A stretch of 61,257 bases of DNA, counting the filler, from Sphacelaria rigidula (taxonomy: Eukaryota), in assembly GCA_964200075.2 (NCBI GenBank). It is 6 parts of 6 records of this genome, joined end to end, with 100 filler letters (N's around TTAATTAATTAA, not from the genome) between each part and the next. Parts side by side here need not be neighbours in the genome. Positions count along the whole stretch, not along the records: positions 1 to 10,127 come from CAXNAA020007079.1; positions 10,228 to 20,354 come from CAXNAA020007080.1; 4 more parts are not named here. One strand, written 5' to 3'. Below, piece after piece: positions 1 to 10,634 of this stretch; position 1 is the stretch's first letter, and each line of letters begins with the position of its first letter. The position numbers and the translations under genes are program-made. The notes below the pieces were generated by a model, which saw only the letters and a list, made by a program, of their open reading frames with translations, searched no databases and was not told the origin of the DNA.

Positions 1-220
1 ACTGTACTCGAAGGATTGTTTACCGCCTGCCTGCTCTTCGGCATCATGCACGAGAATGCAGTACCACGCTCATGCAAAAATGACCATCTTTGTACAGAAC
101 CGTTTAAAAAATCTGTGATACTGACTGGCTGTACCATACGTGCCATTGAACGGTCCCCCCAATTTTTTCATAATCGGGGTCGCAAAAAATCGAGATTCGT
201 TTGCCATAAAAGTAGGTGCA

Positions 221-654
221 AGGCCGGATGTTATGGCAAACAGATTTTTGGCCCACGGATTGTTCACCTTTGGGACGTTTGACCCACCTTTCGACCCCCA
301 AACCAAGAAACCGCCAACACACGTCTCGGACACTTTCCATCACCCCACAGAGAGGAGCCTCGTCTGCTTTTCAGATTCGCTTGGCTCCGAGGTTTCGAGA
401 TTGGCCGCTGAACGAAATCTGTGGATCGGCAAGCGCAAATTTATGCGCACGAATTTTTGCCCAGCGGCCCATCTCAAAATCTCGGAGCCAAGCGAATCTG
501 AAAAGCAGACGAGGCTCCTCTCTGTGGGGTGATGCAAAGTGTCCGAGACGTGTGTTGGCGGTTTTCTTGGTTCGGGGGTCAAAAGGTGGGTCAAACGTCC
601 CGAAAGTGAACAATCCGCGCGCGCCAAAACTCTGTTTGCCATAACATCCGGCCT
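221..654. mobile_element. Palindromic (foldback) MITE, PIF/Harbinger-like termini
   Basis: Almost the whole span is self-complementary: AGGCCGGATGTTATGGCAAACAGA ... TCTGTTTGCCATAACATCCGGCCT. Flanks CAA/TAA resemble a degenerate 3-bp TWA TSD. A second, truncated copy starts at 50803. Confidence 0.8.
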
Positions 655-700
655 AAGACCCAGTCTTTGGCCCCCCGTGTTGGGAATGTCGCTATTACAT

Positions 701-1040
701 GTCTTGGACGCTTTGCATCACCTCACCGAGAGGAGTCTAGCCCTATTCCCCGGTTCGCTTTGCTCCGATGTTTTGCTAATGGTCTGCGAACAACAGTCCA
801 GCTATGTAGAAGGTTTCGAGGTTACCGACTATGCCACGAGGGCGATGGGCACCATCTGGAGATGGAAAAGTGTGCGATCGATTCTGACGAATCGAGGGCT
901 CACAGCAGACACGTGCGGACACCGTATTTTTCCATCTTCAGTTGGATTTTTGTTCAGGCCATTCTTGAACTGCCGGAGCCAAGCAAATCGGAAAAGTGGG
1001 CTAGACTCCCCTTGGTGAGGTGATGCCATGTGTCCAAGAC
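701..1040. repeat. Diverged inverted repeat related to the 221-654 family, with a SINE-head fragment inside
   Basis: 701-768 (GTCTTGGAC..CATCACCTCACC..GAGTCTAGCCC) is the reverse complement of 973-1040. 809-846 is the reverse complement of the SINE-A head. Confidence 0.65.
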
Positions 1041-1169
1041 TTGAAATGGCAATTTCGAGTGGACATGAAACGATCCGGCAAATTTCGCCCCAGACGAAAA
1101 AGTGGGTCCCTTCTTTCTCGCCTAGGGCATGTCCTCGCACATATTGTTTCGATCGAAAAAGGGAGTTGA

Positions 1170-1359
1170 GGGCCTGTCTTGGCGCACAAGTGTTCGATCG
1201 AAATTGTGCGGTGGAAAGCAAAAATCCCGGTCTGATTGATCGTAATTTCAACCATCGTCGGTAATTTTGAAGATGATTAAAAGACATGACCTATCAGATG
1301 GAGATTTTTGCTTTCCACCGCACAATTTCGATCGAAAATTGATGTGCCAAGACAGGCCC
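1170..1359. mobile_element. MITE with ~55-bp TIRs (GGGCCTGTCTTGGC), Harbinger-like
   Basis: GGGCCTGTCTTGGCGCA..TTCGATCGAAATTGTGCGGTGGAAAGCAAAAATC at the left end, its reverse complement at the right end. Flanks TGA/TGC. Confidence 0.75.
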
Positions 1360-1372
1360 TGCGGAAATATTT

Positions 1373-4300
1373 CAGGGGCAGGTTGGGTTGGGCATATCCA
1401 CTACTCGGTATTTGAAGGGAGAGTCATACTCTCTGTACCCAAACATTTGGGTGGAGTACCTGCACTAAAATCGTACCCGATTTAACATCTGGGTAGAGTG
1501 TTTTAGATCATACCCAACAAAACCAATTTTTGTGTAGAATGTTGAGGTCATACCCAAGTGACACTCTATCCCCAGGTATGACTGAGAGTGCTAACTCGAA
1601 TTGGGGTCGAGTATTTGAGGTCGTGCCCAACCTACCCAAACACTTGGGTGGAGTATTGAGGTCATACCCAAGTGATACTCCATACCCAGGTATTGCTGGC
1701 AGTGATTGCCCAATATTTGGGCAGAGTATTTGAGGTCGTATGCAATGTACTGAAACTTGCGGGGAGAGGTTTCGAGGTCGTGCCCAATCTACTCAAACCT
1801 CGCGTAGAGTAAGAAACGGGGTATTTTACCCGAGTATTCAAAAGTACATACCCGACAAGCCCCTTGGCTTTTTCGATCAAAAACATGCGCAGCAAAGGTA
1901 CGAAGGAGCACTCGACTCTTATCTTGCACACCACCACGTCAGGTACCACCCGTTCACAAGCCATGCAAACCCCAAACAAAGGGTGGATACACTGCGGTAG
2001 TCGGGTATGATGTGTTCATCTTTAGTTGGCGAAAACTCGAGCATTGTCGTACATGGTAAGGGTCGTCGACGGAACTGTGTGGTAAGGTGGACCACCGACT
2101 TGCCTACTCTCATGGACAGAGCAGGCAGTACAAAGCGGCAGGGTTTTTAAGCCCTGCGCTGTCTGCACTGCACGTTGCCCACTCCTCTTTCACATCCTAC
2201 TGTACGAAACACGCACACAGACACTCGGGCACACTGTATGTCTACAGCCCAGACAACACAGTACTGTACTGTACTCAAGGAGAGAGGTGCTGCTTCACGA
2301 ATTTCACCGTCTTCTTGCGATCGATAGCTTGCAAATGCGCTTGGGCCCAAGTCGCGATAAATGAACGAATTGGCTCAAGTCAATTTGACCGCATTTTTTT
2401 AGAGATCGAAAAATGATGTGCTAAGACGCGGCGTTCCCCAATGTTTGGGGAAAGTATGTAAATCGTACCCCATCTACCCAAAATTTGGGCGTGGTATTTT
2501 AGATTGAACCCAACCTCTCCGAATTTGAGTAAAGAAAATACCCGGGTATTATACCGCAGTATTAAGAAATACACACCCTGCCCGACCTGCCCTTGGTAGA
2601 TTGGGTACCTGAAATACTTCACGCAAGTATTGGGTTAGCACCCTCCGCAATACCTGGGTATAGGTTGTCACTTGAGTACGACCCCAATATTTACCCCAAT
2701 ATTTCTGTAGATTGTATACGACCTCAAAATTCCAACCAAAATTTAGGTAGGTTGGGTACGATCTAAAATACCCTGGACAAATTCAGGTGAGCACACTCTA
2801 TCGGTCGCCCCGGTGGCTCAGTTGGTACCCTCGAAAACTTCGGACAGTTGCGTTGTGGGTTCAAATCTCGGAGCGATCTGGGATTGTTTCTCATACAGTA
2901 CCCAACAGTGGAGAGCGACTGTGTCGTAGATACAGATAATTCGACTTCATGGTCGAGGAGGGAAAGGGGCCGCTTAACCCCTCTTACGGTAAAAAAAAAA
3001 GGCAAGCACTGCAGAAGGGTGATGCAAAATTTGAACAAACAAAAAAGTAAACACTCTTGTGTAGACCTTCCTCCTGTGTGACCCCGACTGGTGCGAACAC
3101 ATAAACCGGAAGATGTAGACCGGCGTCCAGGATAGATGGGACAACAACACGAGCACTGCAGAAGGAAAGTGGAAAATTTAAACATGAAAGGAAATACTCC
3201 TGTGTAGACCTTCCTCCTGTGTGACCCCGGCTGGTGCGCCCACACATACCGAAATCTGTAGACCGCCGTCCTGAATAGATGAGTCCAGAATAGAGAAGAC
3301 GACAACACACACAACACATTCCAAGCAATATCTGCGTGAGGTATCACCTGGTTTGACCTCAAAACGCAATCCCAGAGTTTGGATAAGTTGGATTCAATCT
3401 AAAATACCACGCCCAAATTTTGGGTAGATAGGGTACGATTTACATACTTTCCCCAAACATTGGGGAACGCCGCGTCTTAGCACATCATTTTTCGATCTCT
3501 AAAAAAATGCGGTCAAATTGACTTGAGCCAATTCGTTCATTTATCGCGACTTGGGCCCAAGCGCATTTGCAAGCTATCGATCGCAAGAAGACGGTGAAAT
3601 TCGTGAAGCAGCACCTGTCTCCCTGAGTACAGTACAGTACTGTGTTGTCTAGGCTGTAGACATACAGTGTGCCCGAGTGTCTGTGTGCGTGTTTCGTACA
3701 GTAGGATGTGAAAGAGGAGTGGGCAACGTGCAGTGCAGACAGCGCAGGGCTATCCGTACTCTCTGCTCACAGTGCGACGAGACAAGGGCTTGAAAAATCC
3801 TGCAGCTTTGTACTGCCTGCTCTGTCCATGAGAGTAGGCAAGTCGGTGGTCCACCCTACCACGCAGTTCCGTCGCCGACCCCTACCATGTACGAAGATGC
3901 CTGAGTTTTCGCCAACTAAAGATGAACACATCATACCCGACTACCGCAGTGTATCTACTCCTGTGCCCAACTCGTGCTCTCTATGCTGCAGGGTTCCGGT
4001 GGTAGCTGGGGATGAGATTTTTGGGGTTTGCATGGCTTGTGAACGGGTGGTACCTGACGTGGTGGTGTGCAAGATAGGAGTCGAGTGCTCCTTCGTACCT
4101 TTGCTGCGCATGCTTTTGATCGAAAAAGCCAAGGGGCTTGTCGGGTAGGGTATGTACTTTTGAATACTCGGGTAAAATACCCCGTTTCTTACTCTACGCG
4201 AGGTTTGAGTAGATTGGGCACGACCTCGAAACCTCTCCCCACAAGTTTCAGTACATTGCATACGACCTCAGATACTTCACCCAAATGTTTGGGTAGGTTG

Positions 4301-4439
4301 GGCACAACCTCAAACACTCGACCCCAATATGGGGTAGATTGGGTACGATTTCAATACTCCACCCAAATGTCTAGGTTCTGAGAGTATTACTTGTCAGAAA
4401 TGCCGAGTATTGGATATATACCCTACCCGACTTTCCCTG
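1373..4439. repeat. Large inverted duplication (arms ~1373-2514 and ~3387-4439) made of subrepeat-rich MITEs plus flanking DNA
   Basis: 1731-2514 is a near-identical reverse complement of 3387-4270, apart from short indels. Outer parts are built from GAGGTCGTACCCAACCTACCCAAA subrepeats, with CAAGGGGC/CAGGGGCAGGTYGGG-type termini at 1373, 1866, 2595, 4130 and 4439. Confidence 0.85.
2803..3320 (+). mobile_element. tRNA-derived SINE (family A) with tandemly duplicated 3' module
   Basis: A box TGGCTCAGTTGG (2814-2825) and B box GGTTCAAATC (2858-2867). Body shared with 5703-6070 and 24058-24405. The GTAGACCTTCCTCCTGTGTGACCCCG module occurs twice. CA-rich tail. Confidence 0.8.
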
Positions 4440-4459
4440 GCAATCTGCCCAAAAATTGG

Positions 4460-5120
4460 GTAACGTATTTGAGGACGTACCCAACCTACCCAAACCTTGG
4501 GTAGAGTGAATACCCGGGTATCTTGTCCGAGTATTCAAAAGTACATACCCTATCCGACCTGCCCTTCAAAAATTTTGATCTGGTAGGCGCACGGCATTTC
4601 TGTTCCGAGCTGACTCCAACTTTTTTCATAATTAGTGACGCGCGGGCAGGAGGAGAAATGTTCCCCAAGCTTGTTTTTATCGAAAATATGAGGAGGAAAG
4701 GTACGAAGCGGCGCTTGACTCTTATCTTGCAGACCACCACGCCAGATACCACCCGTTCGCACAACCAGGCAAGCGCCACACAGTTCTTTCTTAGCTACCA
4801 CCCCAACCCTACAGCATAGAGCACGAGTTGGGCACACGGATAGATCCGCTGCAGCAGTTGAGTTCGGTGGCGTCTTTGTTTTCGGCAAAACTTGAGCATC
4901 TTGTTTGATGTGGGGATCGGCGACCGCATTGCGTGCAAGGGTGGGCGACAGACTCGGCGTACACTCTCGTGGACAGTGCGAGCAGTGGAAATAGTGCCCG
5001 GTGTTCAAGCTCTTTTCACGTCACATTATGTGCCGAGAGTACGGATAGTCCCGTGCCGCCTGCATTGAATGCTACCCGCTTCTTCTCAACATACTCTTGC
5101 GCGAAACACGCTCACACTCT
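4460..5120 (+). repeat. Third, more diverged copy of the 1770-2225 segment
   Basis: Shares GAGTATTCAAAAGTACATACCC and GACTCTTATCTTGCASACCACCACG with 1830-1940, same orientation. Confidence 0.7.
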
Positions 5121-5702
5121 CAGACGCACGGCATGCAAATAGTACAAACATATACATACAGTAAGGATGAAGCGAACAAGCACCGTGTCACGGATTTCAC
5201 TTATTTTTTTTTTCACGATCGAAATCTTGCAAATCCACCGCTCTATTTTTTTTTTATCAGAAGAAATGTGCCAAGACACGCCCCAAAGTCACCGCTTAAT
5301 ATGGTACACAAAAATGAGAAAGTGGAAAACTGTACTTTCGGAGATTTTGCATCGATTTACGCCGTGAAACAGGGCGGGGCGGATGTTGACGCCGTGGAGT
5401 GCCTTACTGTTGCACTCGTTAGGATGCTTTCAGCTTCCCTGTGCTTCTCCCAGATGGCCACATCTCTTTTTTTCGGCCAAATTTTCATTTTTCTCGGAGA
5501 CTGGTCACGTCCAGGAAACTTCCAGAAAAATGCAAGCTTGGCCAATATGATACTACGGCTGCCGAAAAAACGCGTAGATGTCTTGGAACCGTCTCAACAA
5601 AGATAGCAAGGCATTCCAAGGTGGCGAAATCCGCCTGGCTCTCTTCCATGGTGTAAAGATGAAGAAGCTTCAAAAGGCGGTTTTCCATTTTTTTTTTTGC
5701 CT

Positions 5703-6070
5703 GTCGCCCCGCCCCGGTGGCTCGGTTGGTAACCTCGAAACCTTCTGACGATTGGGTAGTGGGTTCGAATCGCCGTGAAATCACACGATCTGGGATTTTT
5801 TCTCACATAGTGCTCAACAGTGGATAACGACCATGTCGCGGGTACACGAAATTCGACTTCATGGTCTACGAGGGAATGGGGCCACTACAGCCCTCTCGCG
5901 ATAAAAGATATGGCGAGCACCGTAGAATGGAGGTGGAGAACTAAAACAAAATGAAAATGAAGAAAAACTGTAGTGTCGGCCTTCCTCCCGTGTGACCCCG
6001 TCTGATGTACCCACAAATTCCAGAGGTGTAAAGTGACGTCCAGAAAAGATGGGAGGAAAACACACACTCA
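5703..6070 (+). mobile_element. tRNA-derived SINE (family A)
   Basis: A box TGGCTCGGTTGG (5718-5729), B box GGTTCGAATC (5762-5771). Colinear with the 2803 copy. Confidence 0.8.
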
Positions 6071-6997
6071 TTGGAAGAGGCCTAATCGAGATAATTCAAA
6101 CTCGAGGTTTCTTATATATTTAACAGTATTTTACCGTAACCCCCGAGGTGCTGGAAGCATCAAATCGCGCTTAGATCGACCGCCAGAGAAGTGCGCAAAA
6201 TAACGGCGACTTCGGCCATGTTCAAAACGCCATATTTCGCGGGTGGAGGGTAGGGAACTCCGAATTTCTGCGGAACGGGGTATTGTCGGGGATACGTGGG
6301 CACACACTGAAACCGAGGTAGACCCAGATCAAGTATTTACTTCCGATTTGACTGAGGCGATCTGGCAACTGCGGAGGTTATGGTGGAATTGATTTTTTTC
6401 ATCATTTTTGCCACGTACGTCCAACATCACGTCTGCACACCTCGGCCTGCTCGCAAATGGCTGTGCAGCCGTGGTCTTGTCCGCGAGTACCTCATAACAA
6501 TCCCCAGCGGATGAGAGCCATGAAGGAGGACACCGCGCAGTCTGTCCCGTATTCTCCAAAGACGACCCTCAATGATTCACTCTCCACGCTTCCTTACATA
6601 ACACGTCGTCCTAGTAAAACAGATACAGTACCCTCTGGCCAGCATTTGCGGGGTCACCATTAATCATCATCTCGTTTGCACCGCCGCATGAACCACGGTG
6701 TCAGTATCCCATGTGCGCAGAGCGCTGTACTGCTGTGTTGAAACGATCAACGGCACTCTACTGTGCAGGCAGTACTCTACTGTCTGTAGTGCACATTGCT
6801 CATTTTCCCCCACGTCCTTCTGCATACAGACAGTTCAGACAGGTTGTACTGCCTGAACTGCACCTTGTCCTTCTATTTACATCTTTCTGTATGGAGGCAG
6901 TACAAGCAGTACACTACGGTGTAGCGCACCTTGCTCATTTTCGTTTTTTCGCTACAATACATGGCTGTACGAACATGTCCCACCAGAGAGTGATGCT

Positions 6998-7890
6998 GTG
7001 GTAGGGGTACACAAATATTTTCTGAGGTCAAAATATTTAAGAGCCCTTTGTCTCGTCGATAACACGAAAGACGAAATATGTAAGAGTACGCAGGGATTAC
7101 GATTTCAATGTGCCGGGGATATCCCGGAGGAATCTCCAAACGGGGATGCCCTGACCCATATTTTTTTGCATCTTGAATCATTGAAAGCCCCTGAACCAGA
7201 CACGATTTTGCGCAGAAAGTGCACCCCTACCGTAGCATTGCTTCGGAGCGTCAGCGAAGTGTTGTACCGAAACGAGGCTCCGCGCTTGATGGTTGACTTT
7301 ATCGGTAACCACCAGCATCTTTCTGCCTTGCTTGGACAAGCCTGGTACGTGACGACCAAAGCCGGTGCTGCCGGATGAGCGAAGGTACAGAAGCTATAAA
7401 TAGTGCGCGACAACCGTGGCATCATGTGGAAGAAGAAGTACATCTGCCCCATGGAGACGCGTTGGGTGGTCAGCCTGGGAGGCTGCGGCCTTGCCGACGA
7501 ACATTGAGACGATCTGCTCTGGCTTTTCCGGGACTGGGGAACAAATAAGAACGTCGAGAGTGACTTCATGTTTTGGTTCAGGCCAATAGCCCTCCTGAGC
7601 AACCCGCGCATGCGTTGACACGCGAAGTTTGCCCGAGAGTTGCTGCTAAAGTCTCTTGATCTGGGCGTACAACTCGCTACGTGGAAACGGCGTCTGTTTC
7701 ATCAAGCATGGAGACAACCTCGCTGAACGCCTACCGCCTGGGTTACGCTTTGCCGAGGTGGCGGACTTCGCTCTCGATTGTTTGCGGAGGATCGAGGAGC
7801 TGCGCCAGCGTCCGGATGAATATTTCGCTGATTCGCTTGACTCTGCGCGGAGGCGCATTAAGACGGCAGAGGTGAACATTCGTGTCATGG
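6998..7890 (+). pseudogene. Decayed hAT-like transposase remnant
   Basis: Protein-like reading across stops and frameshifts: RGC/LTHIF.HL (CxxH motif split by a frameshift, ~7141-7175), KKYICPMETRWVVS (TRW motif, ~7435-7475), then LLSNPRMR..KFARELL..WAYNSLRG. Motif order fits hAT transposases. Recognised by eye. Confidence 0.5.
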
Positions 7891-9947
7891 GATGTAATGA
7901 ATACTTGATTGCACCATCACCGCCCTTGATGTCTTTCGCAGAAAAACACCTCCATGTCAAACTTTGGCACGGCGGGAGGCTTTTTCACGGAGACGAGAGA
8001 GAAGTGGGAAAAGTGGGCTGAGCGCCATCAGCATTCACCACTAAGCATGGCTCGGGTTGGGTGCATTTTCATATTAGTGGAGAAATGGGCACAAGGACAG
8101 ATGCAGCTAGTGGGGAATCTGTCGGACAACAACTCACGCAGGGATTACTGGCGGTGTTGTTGCCAGAGAAAAATGTTGGCGATCCCCGTACTGACCTAGA
8201 GATGAAGTTTCGTTATAACATCCGAGATGACCCACGTCGTGCAGGCACCCCCCGAGCAAAGATGAGCTGACTTCGGGATTCTACTCACCGCTCAACGATG
8301 ACCCCACTTTTCGTCAGGAGGCGAAAGGCTACACTAAATCCGCCTATGGAGTGGCACACGTCTGTCCAGAAACGGTTGACGATGGCGAGGAAAACCCCTC
8401 ACCAAGGGAGTCGAGTTTTCCGCATATTTGATCTGTTCCGTTGCCGTACGAATGGGCTTGCGAGATGATATATATCGTGTTCAACAGCAGTTGATCGAGA
8501 GCGTGTTTTCCTTGTACGATACGCGCACGCGGGACCATGATTCGGAAAAATGCATGCTGTGCGCACGGGGAAACTTCGCTCTGCCGTCTAGGTCCATCAT
8601 GGCGTGGTCTTCGGGAAGTGGTTAAATTAGTGAGGCTGGCAAGTGGGCCCTTGCCTAAGCAAGGGGGTCACGACAGCATTCGATTGCCACTCTGCCATTC
8701 CAAAACCGGACCACGCTTCCGCAACTCGTTTTGGAATGGCAGAGGGGCGATCAAATGCTATCGTGACCCCCTTGCTTGGGCAAGTGCCCACTTGCCAGCC
8801 CCACTAATTTCACCACTCTCCGCAGACAACGTCATGATGGACCTAGACGGCAGAGTGAAGTTTCCCCGTGCGGGTATCTTACAAGGAAAACACGCTCCCG
8901 ATCAACTGCTGTTGGACACGACATATATAATCTCGCAAGCCCTCTCGTATAACAACGGAACAGATCAAATATGCGGAAAGCTCGATTTCCTTGGTGAGGG
9001 GTTTTCCTCGCCATCGTCAACCGTTTCTGGACAGACTTGTGCCACTCCATAGGCGGATTCAGCGTAGTCTTTCGCTTCCTTACGAAAAGTGGGGTCATCA
9101 TGAAGCGGTGAGTAAAATTCCGAAGTCAGCTAATCTTTTGATCGGGGGGTGGCTGAACGACGTGGGTCATCTCGGAGGTCATCACGAAACTTCACCTCTA
9201 GGCCAGTACGGGGATCGCCAACATTTTTCTCTGGCACAACGCCGCCAGTGAACCCCGCGCGAGTTGTGTTCTACAGCTTCCTCACTAGCTGTATCTGTCC
9301 TTATGCCCTTTTCCCCCGCTAATATGAACTGCACCCAACCCGAGCCATGCTTAGTGGTGAATGCTGATGGCGCTCAGCCCACTTTTCCCACTTCTCTCTG
9401 GTCTCCTTGAAAAAGCCTCTCGCCGTACCAGAGTGTGACATGGAGGTGTTTTTCTGCGAAACACATGGAGGGCGGTGATGGTGCAATCAAGTATTCAGAA
9501 CACAAAATGTGAGGGAGCTGCGTTGGTGGATAGAACACAACATGAAAGAGTAAAATAAAATTCCAACCATCGTAAGTACAGCAATTATTTAGACGCGGAC
9601 ATTCGATACACGATTCAAACGGCGAGCACCACGCTACCCCTGGCATGATCTGGGAGCACTATTAATAATACGGAAAAGAGCTACCCTTTACTACCCATGA
9701 CACGAATGTTCACCTCTGCCGTCATGATGCGCCTCCGCGCAGAGTCAAGTGAGTCAGCGAAATATTTATCCGGATGCTGGCGCAGCTCCTCGATCCTCCG
9801 CAAACAATCGAGAACAAAGTCCGCCACCTCGGCAAAGCGTAACCCAGGCGGTGGGCGTTCAGCGGGGTTGTCTCCATCCTTGATAAAATAGCCGCCTTTT
9901 CCACGCAGCGAGTTGTACGCCCAGGTCAAGAGATTTTTGCAGCAACT
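7638..9947. repeat. 2.3-kb imperfect palindrome (arms 7638-8706 and 8728-9947, 21-nt loop)
   Basis: Arms are reverse complements along their length (mirrored ORFs 7656..8021+ and 9681..10046-). Centre: CCATTCCAAAAC-loop-GTTTTGGAATGG. The right arm has ~190 extra bp at ~9497-9690. Confidence 0.9.
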
Positions 9948-10127
9948 GACTGCTGCCGAGATAGTCCCCCCCCGAAACCGGCCAAAAAAAACGTGCACGG
10001 AGGCGATGATAATATCTGCCGTTAAAGCTGGTTTCGTGCTGCACACCGCGACTAATTTGGGCGTTATAGCTGATTTCGGACTGCTACACGCCTCTCACGT
10101 GGTCGAAGTTGCTGCAGACGCCCTCAA

Positions 10128-10227
10128 NNNNNNNNNNNNNNNNNNNNNNNNNNNNNNNNNNNNNNNNNNNNTTAATTAATTAANNNNNNNNNNNNNNNNN
10201 NNNNNNNNNNNNNNNNNNNNNNNNNNN
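10128..10227. other. Artificial contig linker N44-TTAATTAATTAA-N44
   Basis: Six-frame stop linker. Identical 100-bp linkers at 20355-20454, 30582-30681, 40808-40907 and 51033-51132. Confidence 0.97.
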
Positions 10228-10634
10228 TTGTTGCTTGCCTTAGTCATTCAGCCATTGACCACGCATCCATTTCGAGACGGAGCACTGTCCCTACTCCTAA
10301 CAGAGACACCTCCAACACCCCGGGGGGAGAGAGGGGAGGGCGAATGCCGAGAAGAAATTGAGGTTGAGAGAAAAACGAATTGAAAGAAAAACGAGACTGG
10401 CGCAAGTGGGGGGGGCGGGGTTCCATTTTCGCATGATTCCGAGATCCCCCATCCCCAAAATCTCTACATAAAAGAAGTTCGTTTCCATTTTTCAGGGTCC
10501 CCTGTTTGCGGGATAAGCCGTCGGTATTCTTTCCTAGTGTTGCACAAGCGTCCGTACCCAATACGCAAGACATCATGCGTACACCATCCTCTCAGGCTCA
10601 ATCCCGCCGTGCCATCTCCGTACTGTATCAGCAG

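Noticed and set aside
2803-2875. Functional tRNA genes at the SINE heads (also 5703, 19205, 24405, 57425)
   Set aside because: A and B boxes are present, but there is no clean cloverleaf, and each continues into a shared repeat body.
16-5008. Numerous 60-200 aa ORFs
   Set aside because: They lie within palindromic MITEs and SINEs, appear as mirrored pairs, and have no protein motifs.
10172-10183. TTAATTAATTAA as a biological motif (e.g. piggyBac TTAA site)
   Set aside because: Embedded in N-runs and repeated identically five times; an assembly linker.
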